Notes: generated by a model not told the origin, from the sequence alone. Positions 38,578 through 52,949 are shown, counted from the whole stretch's first letter. The stretch: 63,931 nucleotides of DNA, filler included, from Bigelowiella natans CCMP2755 (GCA_000320545.1; 6 parts of 6 records of this genome joined end to end with filler, not necessarily neighbours in it); one strand, 5' to 3'. Program-made: numbers and translations.

Positions 38578-39930
38578 TCATGAAAACTTTACATTTGAAA
38601 TATAATTTCTAGCCCAATCACGACCAAATTGAGCTTCATATATCCCCAGTGATGGATCCACTTTTGCATTGTAGCGATTGTATTCATCCTGTCGCTCTCG
38701 CCTATCATCTGCAGTAAGACTATCTACATTTTCATCTGTCACATTTTGCCGTTGATCCACCATTTGAATGTATTCCTCAATCGCTAACTTCATCGCCGGA
38801 AATGCAACATCTATCATGTCTCGTGATTTTTCGAATTTTCCAAGTATCTGAGTCAAAAAATTCAGTTAGCTCTCATTATAAAGCCACATATATTCTCTAA
38901 TTTTTACCATGTGAGGAGAGAAATATTTTCCGTCATAGAATTTGGTGCTCAATGTGCCATTGAGTGATGGATGGGTCTCTTTAATATGTCTCAGGGGCAA
39001 AGCAAGGTCTTCATGCTGACTATCTAGAGGTTGAAAATCGATGATGCACAATTGCCTCCGACCTTCTTCACCAAAGCTAACCATATTGATTCCTAGTAGA
39101 GGGGCATCAATATGTGTGTGCGGGTACCACAGCGAGTTGAAAACCTGCGTTTCTCCGCCATCATAGTGGGTTATTCGTATTCTACGAAATTTCTTTGATT
39201 CGAAGACTAATGTTCCCATTCGAATTGAAGGTAGATGCCGTTGACTACTACTGCTGCTGTCGCCACTACCTTGATTGGAAATGTAGGCAGCTCCGCCAAG
39301 ATGGAGCATCATATCTCTATCCATTGTCGTAGTAGTTGGTGAAAGATGGTCCAGATTTTGAGCAATGTACGGAAGAAACCAATCCATAAGTGGCTGAAAT
39401 ATTGTTGGGAAATCTTTCCCTTGAATGGAGTGTTCCCACGGATATTCTATATTTGTTTCAGCATACGCCACAGGATCGAAAGGAGGAGGGGTGAGATAGT
39501 CGTCATCGTCTAAAGCGATATTATTCAGTTTTGATAATGATGATGATGATGATGATGATGCGAAAGTTGACGGGAGGTTTCGGAAGCCTCCTCCTCCTCC
39601 TTTGTGCGGCGATGGTATAATGGTGGCAGCTTTCCTTCCCGTCGACCGTCGAAAATATGGTATAGTAGTAGTAGCAGCTCGTTCTTTGCAACGAGGGGGG
39701 GGGGACCAATTGGTATCTACTCGAAGTTTGGCGAGTAGGAGCATACTCTCAGCCTTATTTACAAAGAAAGAGCATCTGGATTTTTGAGATGTGTGATGAC
39801 ACAAATCAAGAGCGTAGCATGCGTAAAGGGACAGAAACAGAATTGTAAAAGAGAGCAGCAGGGCTATTGTGGGGTTCTTCTTCTTCTTCTTCCTGGCCTC
39901 CCACCAAATGTGCCAATCCATCTCGAACAT
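38578..39930 (-). CDS. Ferredoxin-dependent bilin reductase, PebA-like, with bipartite plastid-type leader
   Basis: FRRIRITHYDGG, QVFNSLWYP, PLLGINMVSFG, IIDFQPL, KFYD..YFSP, RQDEYNRYNAKVDP, FGRDWA. One 60-nt intron at 38848-38907. N-terminal hydrophobic segment followed by a basic S/T-rich region. Confidence 0.88.
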
Positions 39931-40791
39931 TCAACTTGATTACTGGATATCCTCCATGGAAGAGTAGAATATTTTAGCGGTAAAGAGCCTCCCCTCCATT
40001 TTCCTGTAATCGCATTGAAGAACAATGGAGGTGGTAGGTACTCCTACGTACGTCACGTCTATGAGATGAGTGAGTGCTACTATATCTAGTCAAATATTCA
40101 TCCCTAATCTGACTTAGATGATCGATGAACAACTTGGAACGAATCATTTAATACATGCATTCATGGCTGTTGCAACAACAATAATTTGTACTTTGTACAG
40201 GGTACTACTTCCTACAATTTTAGTTTAAATACTACAAGAAGAGAAGAGAACACACACACAACAACAACAACGACAAAATTACTGGTACTGTTGGAAGAAT
40301 AATCCACGCTACCTATAGGTGGTGTTCCTTTGTTGTCGCATATATTAATATGGGGGCAAATCTATCAACAACTTGCTAGTACCGGTAGTATCCGTGCTAC
40401 GTAATTCTGCAAAGTTGTGGGAAAGAACGCACAAGTCATACTCGTTGAAGGTACGACGAACACGAACACCCCAAGGGGGAGGAGAAAGGGGAGGAGGGAG
40501 GAGGAGGAATAACTGCAGTATTGCTGAAAATATAATTATGCTTATATTCTTCATATTGTCCCCTTTCCTCATTTCTGCACAAGAACCATTTACAAGGGCA
40601 ATGAGGGTTCAATTGCTTGGCACATTATATAGGGGGGGGGGTCACTGTACGAACGATAATTATGAGAATTCACAAATTTCTTCGGGCATGACATGACACA
40701 TGGTCTACATTATTCCTGTTGTAAACACAGAAATTATAAAATTTTGGGAAGGGACATCATCCATCATTGGAATCGATCGATCGAATCATCG

Positions 40792-42846
40792 ATGCTGCGC
40801 CGCCTCCAATGCACCCGTCGTGTCGTCTGTGGCACAGACAACAAGAACTTGAGAGGAGGCCATTTAATGAGGATGCAGCAGCAGCAGCAACAACAACAAC
40901 AACAACAACAACAACAGCAAAAATATCACCATCACCATGTCTCCAGTAGTCGTCCCCCTGCTCCTCCTCGTGGCTCCTCCTCGCCGCTGCTGCACAGAAA
41001 GCAGTGCACTACTACTACTACTACTACTACTACTATTTTAGGTTGTAGTCGTGGTAGCAACAGTTTTACGACCGCTGCCTCCGCTCCTGCATTAGAAGAA
41101 GAAGGAGAAGAAGCTGTAGAAGAGGCAGAAGATACTGGTCCAATGGGATTGCAAAAGTTTGATGATGATAGTACTCTTGAAGAAATTCTGTACAGCGTTT
41201 GCGAAAAACGCCCAGATGTGGGACTGACTCATTCTGGTGTGCCGCTAAGTTTGAAAGCCTTCAATAGTTTTGACTTGCAAACCCTCGGAGATACGTCTAA
41301 GTTGTCAGAAAGACAGTGGTAATGATGATGATGACAAAAACAACAACAACGGCGACATCAGCACTCTCTAAACTAATTACGACACCAAACATAAAGCATG
41401 TGCTTATGATGAATTATTGGCATTTTTTGCCGAGAACTGCTTATCCGTTAACTTGCCGACTAATAATTATTACTTCCTTACCAATCACCATCTTACGATG
41501 CACTTTGCTATCGCTATATTTAGTTCCGGTTATGTGTGGCAACATAATATTGCATACTGTTTATTATAATTATTATTTTTATTATTGTGTCTGTTGATAT
41601 GTTGATGTTATTGTAGGGAACAGTTGGATGAAATCGGGCTTGTTCCTGGAGTAGAGACTGTTATCAAAACGATCCTTTATGGAGGCTATTTCCCTGAGTA
41701 TTCTACAGAAGTGGCTAAGAATGGAGAAATACTGGATTTTAAGAAAAGATTGGAGAGGAATCTATCCACTGACCCATATTATCAACCTTGTGATCTAGGA
41801 GAGGTAGTAAAATAGTATATTAGTAACATACTACTGAAAGGCAGCAGCAGCAGTAGTAGCAGCAGTAGTAGTAGCAGTAGTAGTAGCAGCAATATCAGCA
41901 GAGAACTACTAGTAATAGTACTAGTAGATGCAACAAAAGCAGCTGTGGAAGTAGAAGTAAACGTATTATCAGTATAATTATTATTTTATTATAATATATA
42001 TATACGTATTATCAGTACAATGCTGTGTGTTACAATATCTCCAATCGATATAAATAATCATGTGTATGTATGTGTCGTGATCATCAATCAGCCTTTACCT
42101 TCTTCACCACACGCATGTTCGGTGTCGATGCCATGCTGGGAACATATTGTGGGCTATGAGGAAGGAGATCCAAAAGTATGGGAAGCTCTTGCACTCGGAT
42201 ACCCCCGATTCGTCGTACATCCGTATAATGCAAAACTATTTCGTGCGTGTGAGAGAGAGCTTGCAAAGTACGGGGTAATGTCAATCAATAATAATAAGAA
42301 CGACTTCTCATCATTATCAATATAGTAGTAATAATATTGTGTGTGTGAATAATATGTGTTTGCTCCTTCTTCTTCTTTTTCTTACTCTTCTTCGGCGCCA
42401 GCTGTTAGCAGCATCGTTACTATCGTCTGTATTTCACTACATGTGATGCTACTACTTACTACAACTACATACTACACCCTAATATTTATAGTTGCTTCGT
42501 CTTTGATGATGATGATGATGATGATAGTGATCCATTTTGTGCTAATATTTATAGGAATCTTGTTTCGCCTTTCCCTCCAAAAAGGTGTTCATCGTCCGTC
42601 GTTTTTCAATATTCATAGTCGATTTGATCATTATTTGCTTTTTTATAAATATATTTATTTAAAAATCATATGTGTATGATACTTCTAGCTTGCTGTTATG
42701 TTTTATCTTCTTCACTGCTGCTGCTGATGATGAAGATGATGAAGATGATGATGATGCAACACACACAACGTACTAATGATTGGATCTATATCTGTCAAGT
42801 GAAGAATGACGACGTTTTCTCTTGCTGCTGGTGATGGTTGTTGTCG

Positions 42847-42881
<35 letters not shown>

Positions 42882-43371
42882 AGGTGGCAAGGCGTGCCTG
42901 TGACTACATTCGTCACAAAAACGGCGACCAAACTCCTTTAAGAATCGAGCAATATCGTAACACTGGCATCTACGCAGTCATATTTCCTTCTGGAGCTCGT
43001 GATGCTGTGTTGAAGTTCTGGCAGCATTTTGGTTTTGTACTGAGTTCCCGCTGGTCAGAGGATGTTCTCAAACAAGACGATCAACAAGGAGAAGAAGAGG
43101 AAGAAGAACAACAAGGAGAACTATTCAACAGCAGCAGTATCAGCCAAACACCAATCCTCTTTCCGTTTGTAGAGCCCTGTGATGTACGCAATCACACGTT
43201 GCCTATAGATTTTGATGTTGATGCTGCTAGTACAAAGAGCACCACTGCCACCACGGCAGAGAAGCAGGCACCACCACCACTTTCTTGCGCTCAAGAAGCA
43301 AAACACGCCATATGTCAAAGACTTGCAGATGCAGCAGGCGCTCACGATGCTACCGATGTGTATGTTATAAT

Positions 43372-43405
<34 letters not shown>

Positions 43406-43815
43406 CAATTAGATAGAGATTCCTTATTGTAACTATTTTTACTTGCTACTACACGGTTTCCTTGTTATTGTTGAAATTATCGTTTATTTCTGGCTCTTCT
43501 TCTTTCCTTGTTGAATAATTAAGATGGTAATAATAGTTGATATTCTTGATTGTTATATAAGATACTTATACCCTTCTGGAATGGCTGCTATCTCGTCTGG
43601 TCTTCTCGCTGCACAACAAAGCTTTCCTGATTGTAAATCCATTCAACTGGGATTTCCCTATCTGGACGTCTACAAGATCCAAACGGTGCTATTATTAGTG
43701 TCAGTAGTAGTAAGTAGTAGTAGTGGGAGGAAAGGAGGAAGAAGAAGAGTACACACCTCCTTAAAAAGATTTATGTAATTATCATTAGTATTCACCAAAT
43801 ATATACGACAAATGA

Positions 43816-43859
<44 letters not shown>

Positions 43860-44130
43860 TTTGTCGTCGTCGCAAATAAATAAATAAATAAATAATACAT
43901 CATTAAAAAAAAGGTGTGGGGTCCTGGAGCTCATTACATTTCAGATCTAAGCCCTGATTGGTTGCAGCAGGTTAATAATAATAAGAAGAAGAAGAAGAAG
44001 AAGAATAAGAATAATACAAATCATAATTAGTATTAGTGTTCCCATCATCATCGTCATCATCATCATCATCATCATCATCATAAAGGAGTAGCAGCAGCTT
44101 CTTTTTGTTTGGTGAAACATCATCGAAGTA

Positions 44131-44164
<34 letters not shown>

Positions 44165-44382
44165 CTCTGTCTCTCTAAATTCTGTTAAAGTTATGCTCTT
44201 GTTCTTGAGCAAAAATACTAGTAATAATAATGATAATAGGCATGTTTTGATGAAATTATGTTGATTCGTTGTGATAGTAATAATAATAAACTAGTAGTTG
44301 TTGATTCATCTGCTCTCATACAATATATAATCAAGTACTACTTGTTGATTCATCTGCTCATACATATTATTCCGTATATAAT

Positions 44383-44429
<47 letters not shown>

Positions 44430-44531
44430 CGTATAGTAGTTGCTGTTATCTGCTCATACATATTCTGTGGTTGTTCGTTACCGTTGTGTATCTTCTTTCT
44501 CGTCATCATTTATTTAATTTGCTCTAACTAT

Positions 44532-44563
<32 letters not shown>

Positions 44564-44738
44564 TTACCCCTGATTAGGTGGAAGAGCTCTTAAAAGACCA
44601 ACAGATTAGTAGTGTTGTGTTGGAATACCCTGGAAATCCTTTGCTTCAGGTTTATTAGTATTATTATTATTATTATTAGTAGTAGTAGTAGTGTAGGAGA
44701 AAAGACACATGTGGCATCATCGATATAACTCCTGTGAG

Positions 44739-44773
<35 letters not shown>

Positions 44774-46086
44774 TGTCTTCTTCACTACGATATGTTGCAG
44801 TGCAGATTACATTCCATATACATGCATATATATATATGCTACATATACACGTTTTATACCAACATCTGTATTTAGTTGTGGAATGATAATAATAATAATA
44901 ACTATAACATTAATAGCGGGTGATAATGAATTAATTAACTCATTAATGTGTGATTTCTTACTAATGTGTCGTTATCATTCACGATCATTCCTCCTCCTCC
45001 TCCTCCTCCTCCTCCTCCTCCTCCTCTTAGGTACCTGACCTGAAGGCATTATCTGGATTGCTTAAGCAGCATGAAGTTCCTCTTCTTGTTGATGATACCA
45101 TAGGAAGTTCAGCAAATTACAACTTGCTGGAGCATGTTGATGTCGTTATGACATCACTTACGAAGTGGTTTAGTGGCACGGTTGTAGTAGTAGAAGAAGA
45201 AGAAGAAGATTACTATGTATCATCATCATTCATCATTCACCATCACCACCAACAACAACCACTACCTACCTAGCTATCTACCTGCTACAACCACGATTAA
45301 ATCAACACCAGTGATCAATCAGTCAATCACCATCCTCCTATCTTTACTCTTACCACGATAATACTACGTATAATAATTAAACGTGATGATGATGATGATG
45401 ATGATTCTGCTGTCGGTAGTTAGTTCTTTCTTTCTTTCCTACTTGCTTACTCATCGCCTGCCTGCCATCATTAATTATCACCATTGCTTACTCATCGCCT
45501 GCCTGCCATCATTAATTATCACCATTGGTGAAATGCTGTTGTGCACATTATTATTAGTACTATTATTTATTTACTATCTATCTATATCTATCTATCAGGG
45601 GGATGTTATGGCAGGATCTATGGTTCTCAATAGCAATTCTCTTCATTATGACAGATTTAAAGCTTTCACAGAAACCGAGTCAGTTAATAGAAGAAGGACA
45701 ATATAACAACAACCTGCATCGATTAATAAAGACTAAAATATCAACAAAAACAAAAAGGCGAATAAATACTCATCATATCAACACACGTGTTTTTGATCAT
45801 TTTTCAAGTACTACGTACATTGCCAGTAATAATATCGATTGTTGGATATTCGTTGTTGTGCCTAATATTGATAGTATTATTGTTTATTATTATCATTGTT
45901 ATTTTCTAAACAATTATCCACTAGTAGTACTAGTGCTTAAAACTTGATGATATAGCACCAACTACCAAATAACCAAATAATATATACATGCATAAATCAT
46001 ACAACAACTATACATATCTACTACTACTACAATACATACATACATACATACATACATACATACAACATACAACAACTGTGCATCAT

Positions 46087-46122
<36 letters not shown>

Positions 46123-46608
46123 GGTACGAGGATATGCTTTATCATAAGGATGCAATTGCTTTAGAGTATGAATTAACACATTTCATAATATTAAACAACA
46201 ATAGTAGTAGTAGCAGTTGTTTTCCAATTTGTAATGGTACAGTATGTTGTAGATGAAGAGATGGGAGGAGGCGGTCGTTTTACCATATCACACACCATAT
46301 TTATTATTGTTGTTGCATTGGAAAAAAATTGATTCGTGTTTTGATTAATCATGTTATTTATCATCTATCATCAAAATTGGAATTAATAATTTTTGCGGTA
46401 AGAAGAGTCGTATGTAATATAACACGAATACTACTAGTAGTACTTACTATAGTACTATATCATACCAACTTTATACTACTACCTATATAGAATTAATTCT
46501 CGAAGCTACATTCCTCGAATGGAAAGGGTATTATTTATTATTCATCATTCATTCATCTTTTACTGGGGGGGAGGGAGAATGAAAGATTGTATGTATATTT
46601 ATATATAC

Positions 46609-46648
<40 letters not shown>

Positions 46649-47639
46649 ATTATTATTTAATTAGTAATTGTAATACTAGAACAACTGTGAATCAATCAAT
46701 CAATTCATGTATGCATGCCCCCCCCCCTCCACACACACACGTACTATTTGTTGATTGAGATGATTATGATAACGATAATGATGATGATGAGCATTATCGT
46801 AATGATTATTACTGTTATTATTAATTAATTAATTATTCATGCATGATGAACGAAAAGGTAAATGAGAACACAAAGCCTCTGGTAGATTTCATGCGTGGTC
46901 ATCCTAAAATTGAGAAAGTATGGTATCCTGATTCTATCCAAGATCCTGCAATTATCAAGGTAGTAGTGTGTGGTCACAAATTAGTTATAGCATTCATCAA
47001 CACGACGTGACGATGTATTATTATATTAATAACTAAATAAGCGCAAGTTGATTCTTATTCATGCTTGTTCGAGTAGTAGTAGTAGTAGTCTGATAATGTA
47101 TGCTGCTGCGTGGGGGAGGGGAGACAGTAAGTACTTTGCACATCATCTATCTACTACTCGTGCATATTATTATTTATCGACATGATGATAAGAAGAAGCG
47201 ATTGGATGTTATTTCTTTATTTATTTAATAATTCACTTACTCTATTTTTGTATGTAATAGCGAGGTCATGGCGGACTTTTCTCTTTCGTTCTCAAGAATA
47301 GGGAGGATTCCATGGAATTCTACAAAAACCTGAGGGTGGGTCGTCTTCTTTTCCATCGTCAATTCATACAACATCACAATATCGTCTGTCTCTTTGCTGG
47401 TGCTGCTGCTGCTGCCAAATACGATCATCGATGGTGATATACTATAATGAAAGAAGAGTACAGGAGATAGCTATTTGTGTTCTATTCAATACCAAAGAAA
47501 GAGGGGTAGGAGGAGTAGGAGGAGAGAAGGGGCACAGGGATGATGATTAAATCAGGGGGGGAGATGACCATTTCAGTACATATGTGGTGATATGATGTGC
47601 ACGGAGATGATGATCGTTTTCCCTCCCTCTCTTTCTCTT

Positions 47640-47681
<42 letters not shown>

Positions 47682-48108
47682 CCCCTCTACTACTACTACT
47701 ACAACTACTACTACTAATCAGGTTTGCAAAGGCCCTTCATTAGGCACAAACTTTACCATTGCATGTCCATACACGCTACTTGCACATTACGACGAGCTTG
47801 AATGGGCAGAAGGGCTTGGAATACCCAGAGATCTGGTTCGCGTATCTACGGTCCGATCACCACGATGAACGACTGATGAACAAACAACAAACACAATTTG
47901 ATGGTATATATATGTGGTACTACTACATGCACAAAGTCCAGAAGAACAACAAGAAGTAAGAAGAGAACTGTGATGATGAAAAGCCTCATCAACAGAAATT
48001 ACCTCAATCTATATTTATTAATCGGTTCTGCTGTACATATTTATGTAGGGTCTTGAAGATGCTGACGATCTGATAAAGAGATTTGGAGATGCATTAAATA
48101 CAGTTTAA
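40792..48108 (+). CDS. Cystathionine gamma-synthase, fungal Str2/Met-7 type (Cys/Met metabolism PLP enzyme), with N-terminal extension
   Basis: [68 protein letters not shown] (PLP Lys), [31 protein letters not shown]. Confidence 0.92.
45443..45527. repeat. 41-bp perfect tandem duplication in an intron
   Basis: ttgcttactcatcgcctgcctgccatcattaattatcacca occurs twice in tandem. Confidence 0.85.
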
Positions 48109-48156
48109 CCTTACGATATGATGAAGGGATTTGGAGATGTATTAAATACAGTCTAA
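48065..48156 (+). repeat. 44-bp imperfect direct repeat of the last codons and stop of cystathionine gamma-synthase
   Basis: Copies at 48065-48108 and 48113-48156, period 48, five mismatches. Confidence 0.85.
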
Positions 48157-49563
48157 GCTGTTTCTGCTTAATTGGAACAATTTAAACAAGATAGATAACA
48201 AATGAAAAGTAGGATAATAGTTGCTACCATACATAGGATGAGCTAAAAACATTTTCAATCACTAAAAAGAATGGCAGTTGTCACTCAATCCTCAGTTAAG
48301 AATACATCTGATGCCATCCCATGAGAAGACTCTGTCATTCATGTGTGTATGATGTTTTGCATCTCTATTGTCTATCAGCATACGCGTATTCCTAACAGAA
48401 CTTTGCACTACAGCTCTCAATCTGATCCTAACTGAGTACAATATTATTCAGCGAGATCCATCAAATGCATGCATACGTACATGTGTCAAAATATAAATAT
48501 CCAATTCAAATTATGTTACATGTTCATTGTGGGAGGTGAAATTGTACAGAAATCAATCGCTGAGCCTGCAGCAGGACACGTGAACGCTACACTACGGCAA
48601 TAATGCAGACAACGTGACCTTATTTGGCATGTGGGTGCCTTTTCCAGCGCACATGTACGAAGTACTAAACCATTATTCCGCTAAAAAATGCGTAGAGTTC
48701 ACAAAGTTTCTGGCCGCCGGATGCTGTCCCTTTGCTTCTCAACAAAATGAGCACGAAACCATGCTGCATAGCATGCATTGAGGACATCACATAAAGAATA
48801 TAGAGCAATTTTTCAAATTGTCTAGAACACATATGGGCAACACAACATCGAACGAAATTGAGGAAACGACTGACGGAAATCATGGATAGCAACAACGACA
48901 CCAAATTTTTTGACGGCATGCGGATCGACGAGAAAAAAGAGACTCATACACACGTCTAGATGTGCACATGCTAGCATGCGGCTTGCGCTACATGTGCAAC
49001 AATGCGAATGCTTTTTGCGAGCATGAAACTCATATTTGCGGTAACAAACAAATATAATTCAAGCGCTCTAGCCAGTTTTGCACAGTGTCTACATCAGGAT
49101 CACCATTGAAAGAATGTAATCATTTCATTTCTTCCGTCTCAAATACATGTATACATTTTATCATATATGAAGGTCAGAGAGGTGGCAGAGCCATTTGATT
49201 TTTTTGACCAGATAAATGGTTTAGCTGGGCGGATAAAGGATCAGCAATTCTTTTTCCATGCTTATCACCAAATCTAATATGCTGCTAGGCAGTATAATCG
49301 CTACGAAAAATCATGTGACACTGATAAAATTGTAAGATGTGCAGACTTCCCATAGCGTAGCAAAATGCAACTGTTTGCTTATCTAATAGCGCACACGTAT
49401 AAAATAAAATGTTCTCATTGATATTACTGTTTTTTTATCATATATGAAAAACCATTGTTTGCTTGGTTGCTGATGTACCATGACGTCAAGAATAGCCCAA
49501 TATTTGTAGTTTCAAATGAGTAGAGGAGCTGAATAAACTGATCGTATCCTTTCCACAAGTTAT

Positions 49564-50183
49564 TTATAAATCGCTTGTGATCTTCACTAATGCTTCTCCT
49601 TGTTTGATTCTGTGAAAGAAAAGATTTAAGCATCAATTTCGATTTCACCATTCTAATTTTACATCATCTACCTATCTCCCAGCTTTTTACACCAAATGAT
49701 GTTGTTGGATTTGTAGCTTTCATTAGGTAATAAATGTGTCGTTTCAAAGATTAACACTATAGAACTTCCTGCTTTGAAATGCCCGAGTTCCGAACCTAGT
49801 ATTGTAAATGTGGTAGAAATATAAGAAAAAAAGTTCAACATTTAGGGCAATACTTCAATATACTGTGTGATACGATACTCAATTTATCCTTATTCGGTCC
49901 TTTTTATATGTTTGGGTACTTTTCTCTGTTTGCTGCTGAGTTCATGTAAAGGATATCTTTTTATATGCATACCCCTCTAATCTCTTGTCTCTTAGTAAAT
50001 TAGATACCCCTACTGTACTGAAGAGATGGTTGATACTGACGAAAGTATCCATATGTACTCAGACGATACGGATATCTGATAATCAATTTAAAGCACATCT
50101 ACATCAAAAACACTTTCAATCATCCATATTATGGACATACATTGTTTGGCTGCTGTATTACATTGAAGCTGGCTACACATTCA

Positions 50184-50217
<34 letters not shown>

Positions 50218-51078
50218 CATATTACATAGATTATAAGTTTCTACGTAAATATTTTACCTGGTATTAACTCCCGGAGATTGACCAACAATATTCGTTTCAA
50301 CCTGAAATTTAATATACACTCAAAGAATAATAGTAGTTCTCTCATCCACAAATGTATAAATTTAAAGTATGCGAGAAAATGGATAATGGCATATGATCAC
50401 CATTTCGGTGTCAATAATTCAAAAATGTCTCATATTCATACAAGATTGTGATGTTAATAACCTCCGGCTCAAATTTAAGATGAATTGAACCGCGGCCAAT
50501 CGATCTAATTTATACAACAATGTAATTTTACTTTACCATCATAAAAAAGCGTTCCTGCTTGATAAAAGTATTCTGCTGCTTAATATTACATAGGTGTAGG
50601 ATTATTTGTGATGAAGTAATTTTTGAGTGAATATATATAGGTTATTAGAGAGTAGAAGAATTAAAATTTAAACAATGCTTCATTCAAAAAAAAGTAGTGT
50701 GTTTTATTCAATCAGTCATAGAAAATCAATAGAATTGCGTAACTCGGTGATTCCGTTCTAGAATTTCTTCACAAGGAAAAAATCTAACTACCCAACAGCA
50801 ACTAATGTGCAAAAACCACCAGCCCATTCGCCGATCATACCTGACATGCATCAAATGATTTAAATCTCTATTAAGATGAATTTCACAGTTTACTTCATCA
50901 ACTGCTAGCTTACTTATTCGCTCGTTAAATGCGACATTTAGAGGATTGATGATGGAATGAAATGGGTGCAGATATCCTGGTGTGTGAAGTCTCTTATGCA
51001 AACTAATATCGCATGGAGAATGAAAATGATGATTCCATCCAACTTAAATCATTGAAAATAGAGTAATTAGAATGTTCG

Positions 51079-51111
<33 letters not shown>

Positions 51112-51301
51112 GTAAAGGAAGGAAGAATAGTAGGAATAACACAAATAACAAGAGCAAAAAAGAACAAACAAACAAACAAAAAGAGGTAAGTGAAAATTAC
51201 AAAATCACTCAATTTTTAATTGTGATTTCGTCCTTCCCTCCCGACTTTGCTGTCTGTATGTTCACTTTTCCATTCCCCTCCACTAAAACATTCTATGATT
51301 A

Positions 51302-51342
<41 letters not shown>

Positions 51343-52786
51343 AGTCTGTGTGTATATCAACATACACGGGATGTTAACGACGACATAATGTAGTATTTTC
51401 TTGGAGCTAGAGTCCAAACTACTCTCCTTCTCATCTTTTCCCCCAGGTATAGAGCCTGGATATCCTCCGGTCAAACTTCGGATATCTAAACTCCAACCTT
51501 TAATCTGAGAATCAGCAACTAGGTAATTCGCAAAATCACTTGACATACACACTTCACGAATGAGTGTCCTCTAATACAAAACATGTTCCTGTTACTTTCA
51601 AAATATAACTTTCTATTTACGTAGCATTTTTCATTTATTTATGTAGCATTTAACATAAACAACAATACCGTGAGAAGATGATGGCCGCTGGCCTCTCTCT
51701 TTATCTTCATTTTTTTCGTACTTTCACGGTCGTTATTGAAAGTATCAACATCCTCATTAGCTTCCACAATCTTTCGAAACAGTGATACGCTTCCTAAAAC
51801 GTAAAATTCAAAACAATCTGGAAAATTTGATATGACACCGTTGATGCATAATCAGTACCTTGTGCTGTAATTACTCCATCGCACGGAGCCACCTAGTTAC
51901 AAAAAAAATTGATACTAACGAGTTGCAACAACATAATGATTACAAAGATGCATTGAAGAAAGCCTTGGCAACAAGAATCGCTGCTACTATCATTATCACT
52001 TCATACACTGACACCTCCATCTCCACAAATCAATATTATGTCACAATATCTTATTCTTTGAAGTAGCAGATTATATTTACAAGGAACTATGTACAAGAGA
52101 AGCGGTAGCATCGATTGGTCTTGCACTCGCTGCTATTCGGCGTTCGAGAAACTGCTGAATCCTGATATATATATTACAAGAGTAAATTTGAATTTATATA
52201 ATCATAAATGTACATATATTCTTTCATAAAAAGGTACATATCTTATACATGAATTGTTTGATACTTACAGCGCTCACGTATTTTTTCACTTGATACCGAA
52301 ATATAATAAATGTTATACTTCTTGGAAGTGTGTATGTATTTGTGTGTGCTCGTAATATTCAACTAGTACGTGCAAGTTCCATAAATTTATGCAAGCATTA
52401 TCTTAATTTACGTTTCATAGTGAGAGAGCGGTCTTTCTAGGTCCTAAATAAGTAATTATTCGTCAGAAGAGCTCAAGATATAGATCATAAGAGAGAAAGT
52501 GGCAACGATTTTATTCCAGTCCCATCATCCTTAACATAAAGTCGGATCGTGTAGATAGATATTTTTGTACGTACCTCGATTCCTTGCTGCTGCTGCTGCT
52601 GGATTTTCGTCATGACTCCTTTAGTATCGCTGGTGCTAATATTCCTCTTCTTATTTCCTTTTCCTGCTGTATTTGATGCTTCTTCTGTTTGAAGTTCTTT
52701 TTCAGTCGTAAGTTGCGTTTTAGGTGAATGTGGGGAAAGTAGTCCTGGTTCTGTGAGTATCCTATAGAGAGGCGAACGAATCCATA
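49564..52786 (-). CDS. PSD: Phosphatidylserine decarboxylase proenzyme (type I-like); 5' end lost in gap
   Basis: WIRSPLYR, QFLERRIAASARPID, VAPCDG, QIKG, GWNHHFHSP, HTPG..FNER, GSIHLKFEP, ELGHFKAGSSIVLIFE (autocleavage G-S) and GDRIKQGEAL, in canonical order. Confidence 0.85.
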
Positions 52787-52949
52787 CTAGAAGAAGACAA
52801 AAAAATGAAAGTAAGAATAAGAAATAATTAACAGGAACACACATACTTAACTTTTTCAACTTATAGATTCTAGATTATCACCATCCGCCATTCGCTCCAA
52901 TAACAACAAAAATATTATTTATTTCCATGACTACCATTATCATCATCTA

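Noticed and set aside
20835-48108. Possible nitrogen/sulfur metabolic cluster (BCAT, AMT, GCLC, cystathionine gamma-synthase)
   Set aside because: The genes act in different pathways and compartments, are interleaved with unrelated genes and are split by an assembly gap.
49424-49651. 75-aa ORF as a separate small gene
   Set aside because: It overlaps the final PSD intron and exon, whose other frame (IKQGEALVKITSDL*) matches the family.
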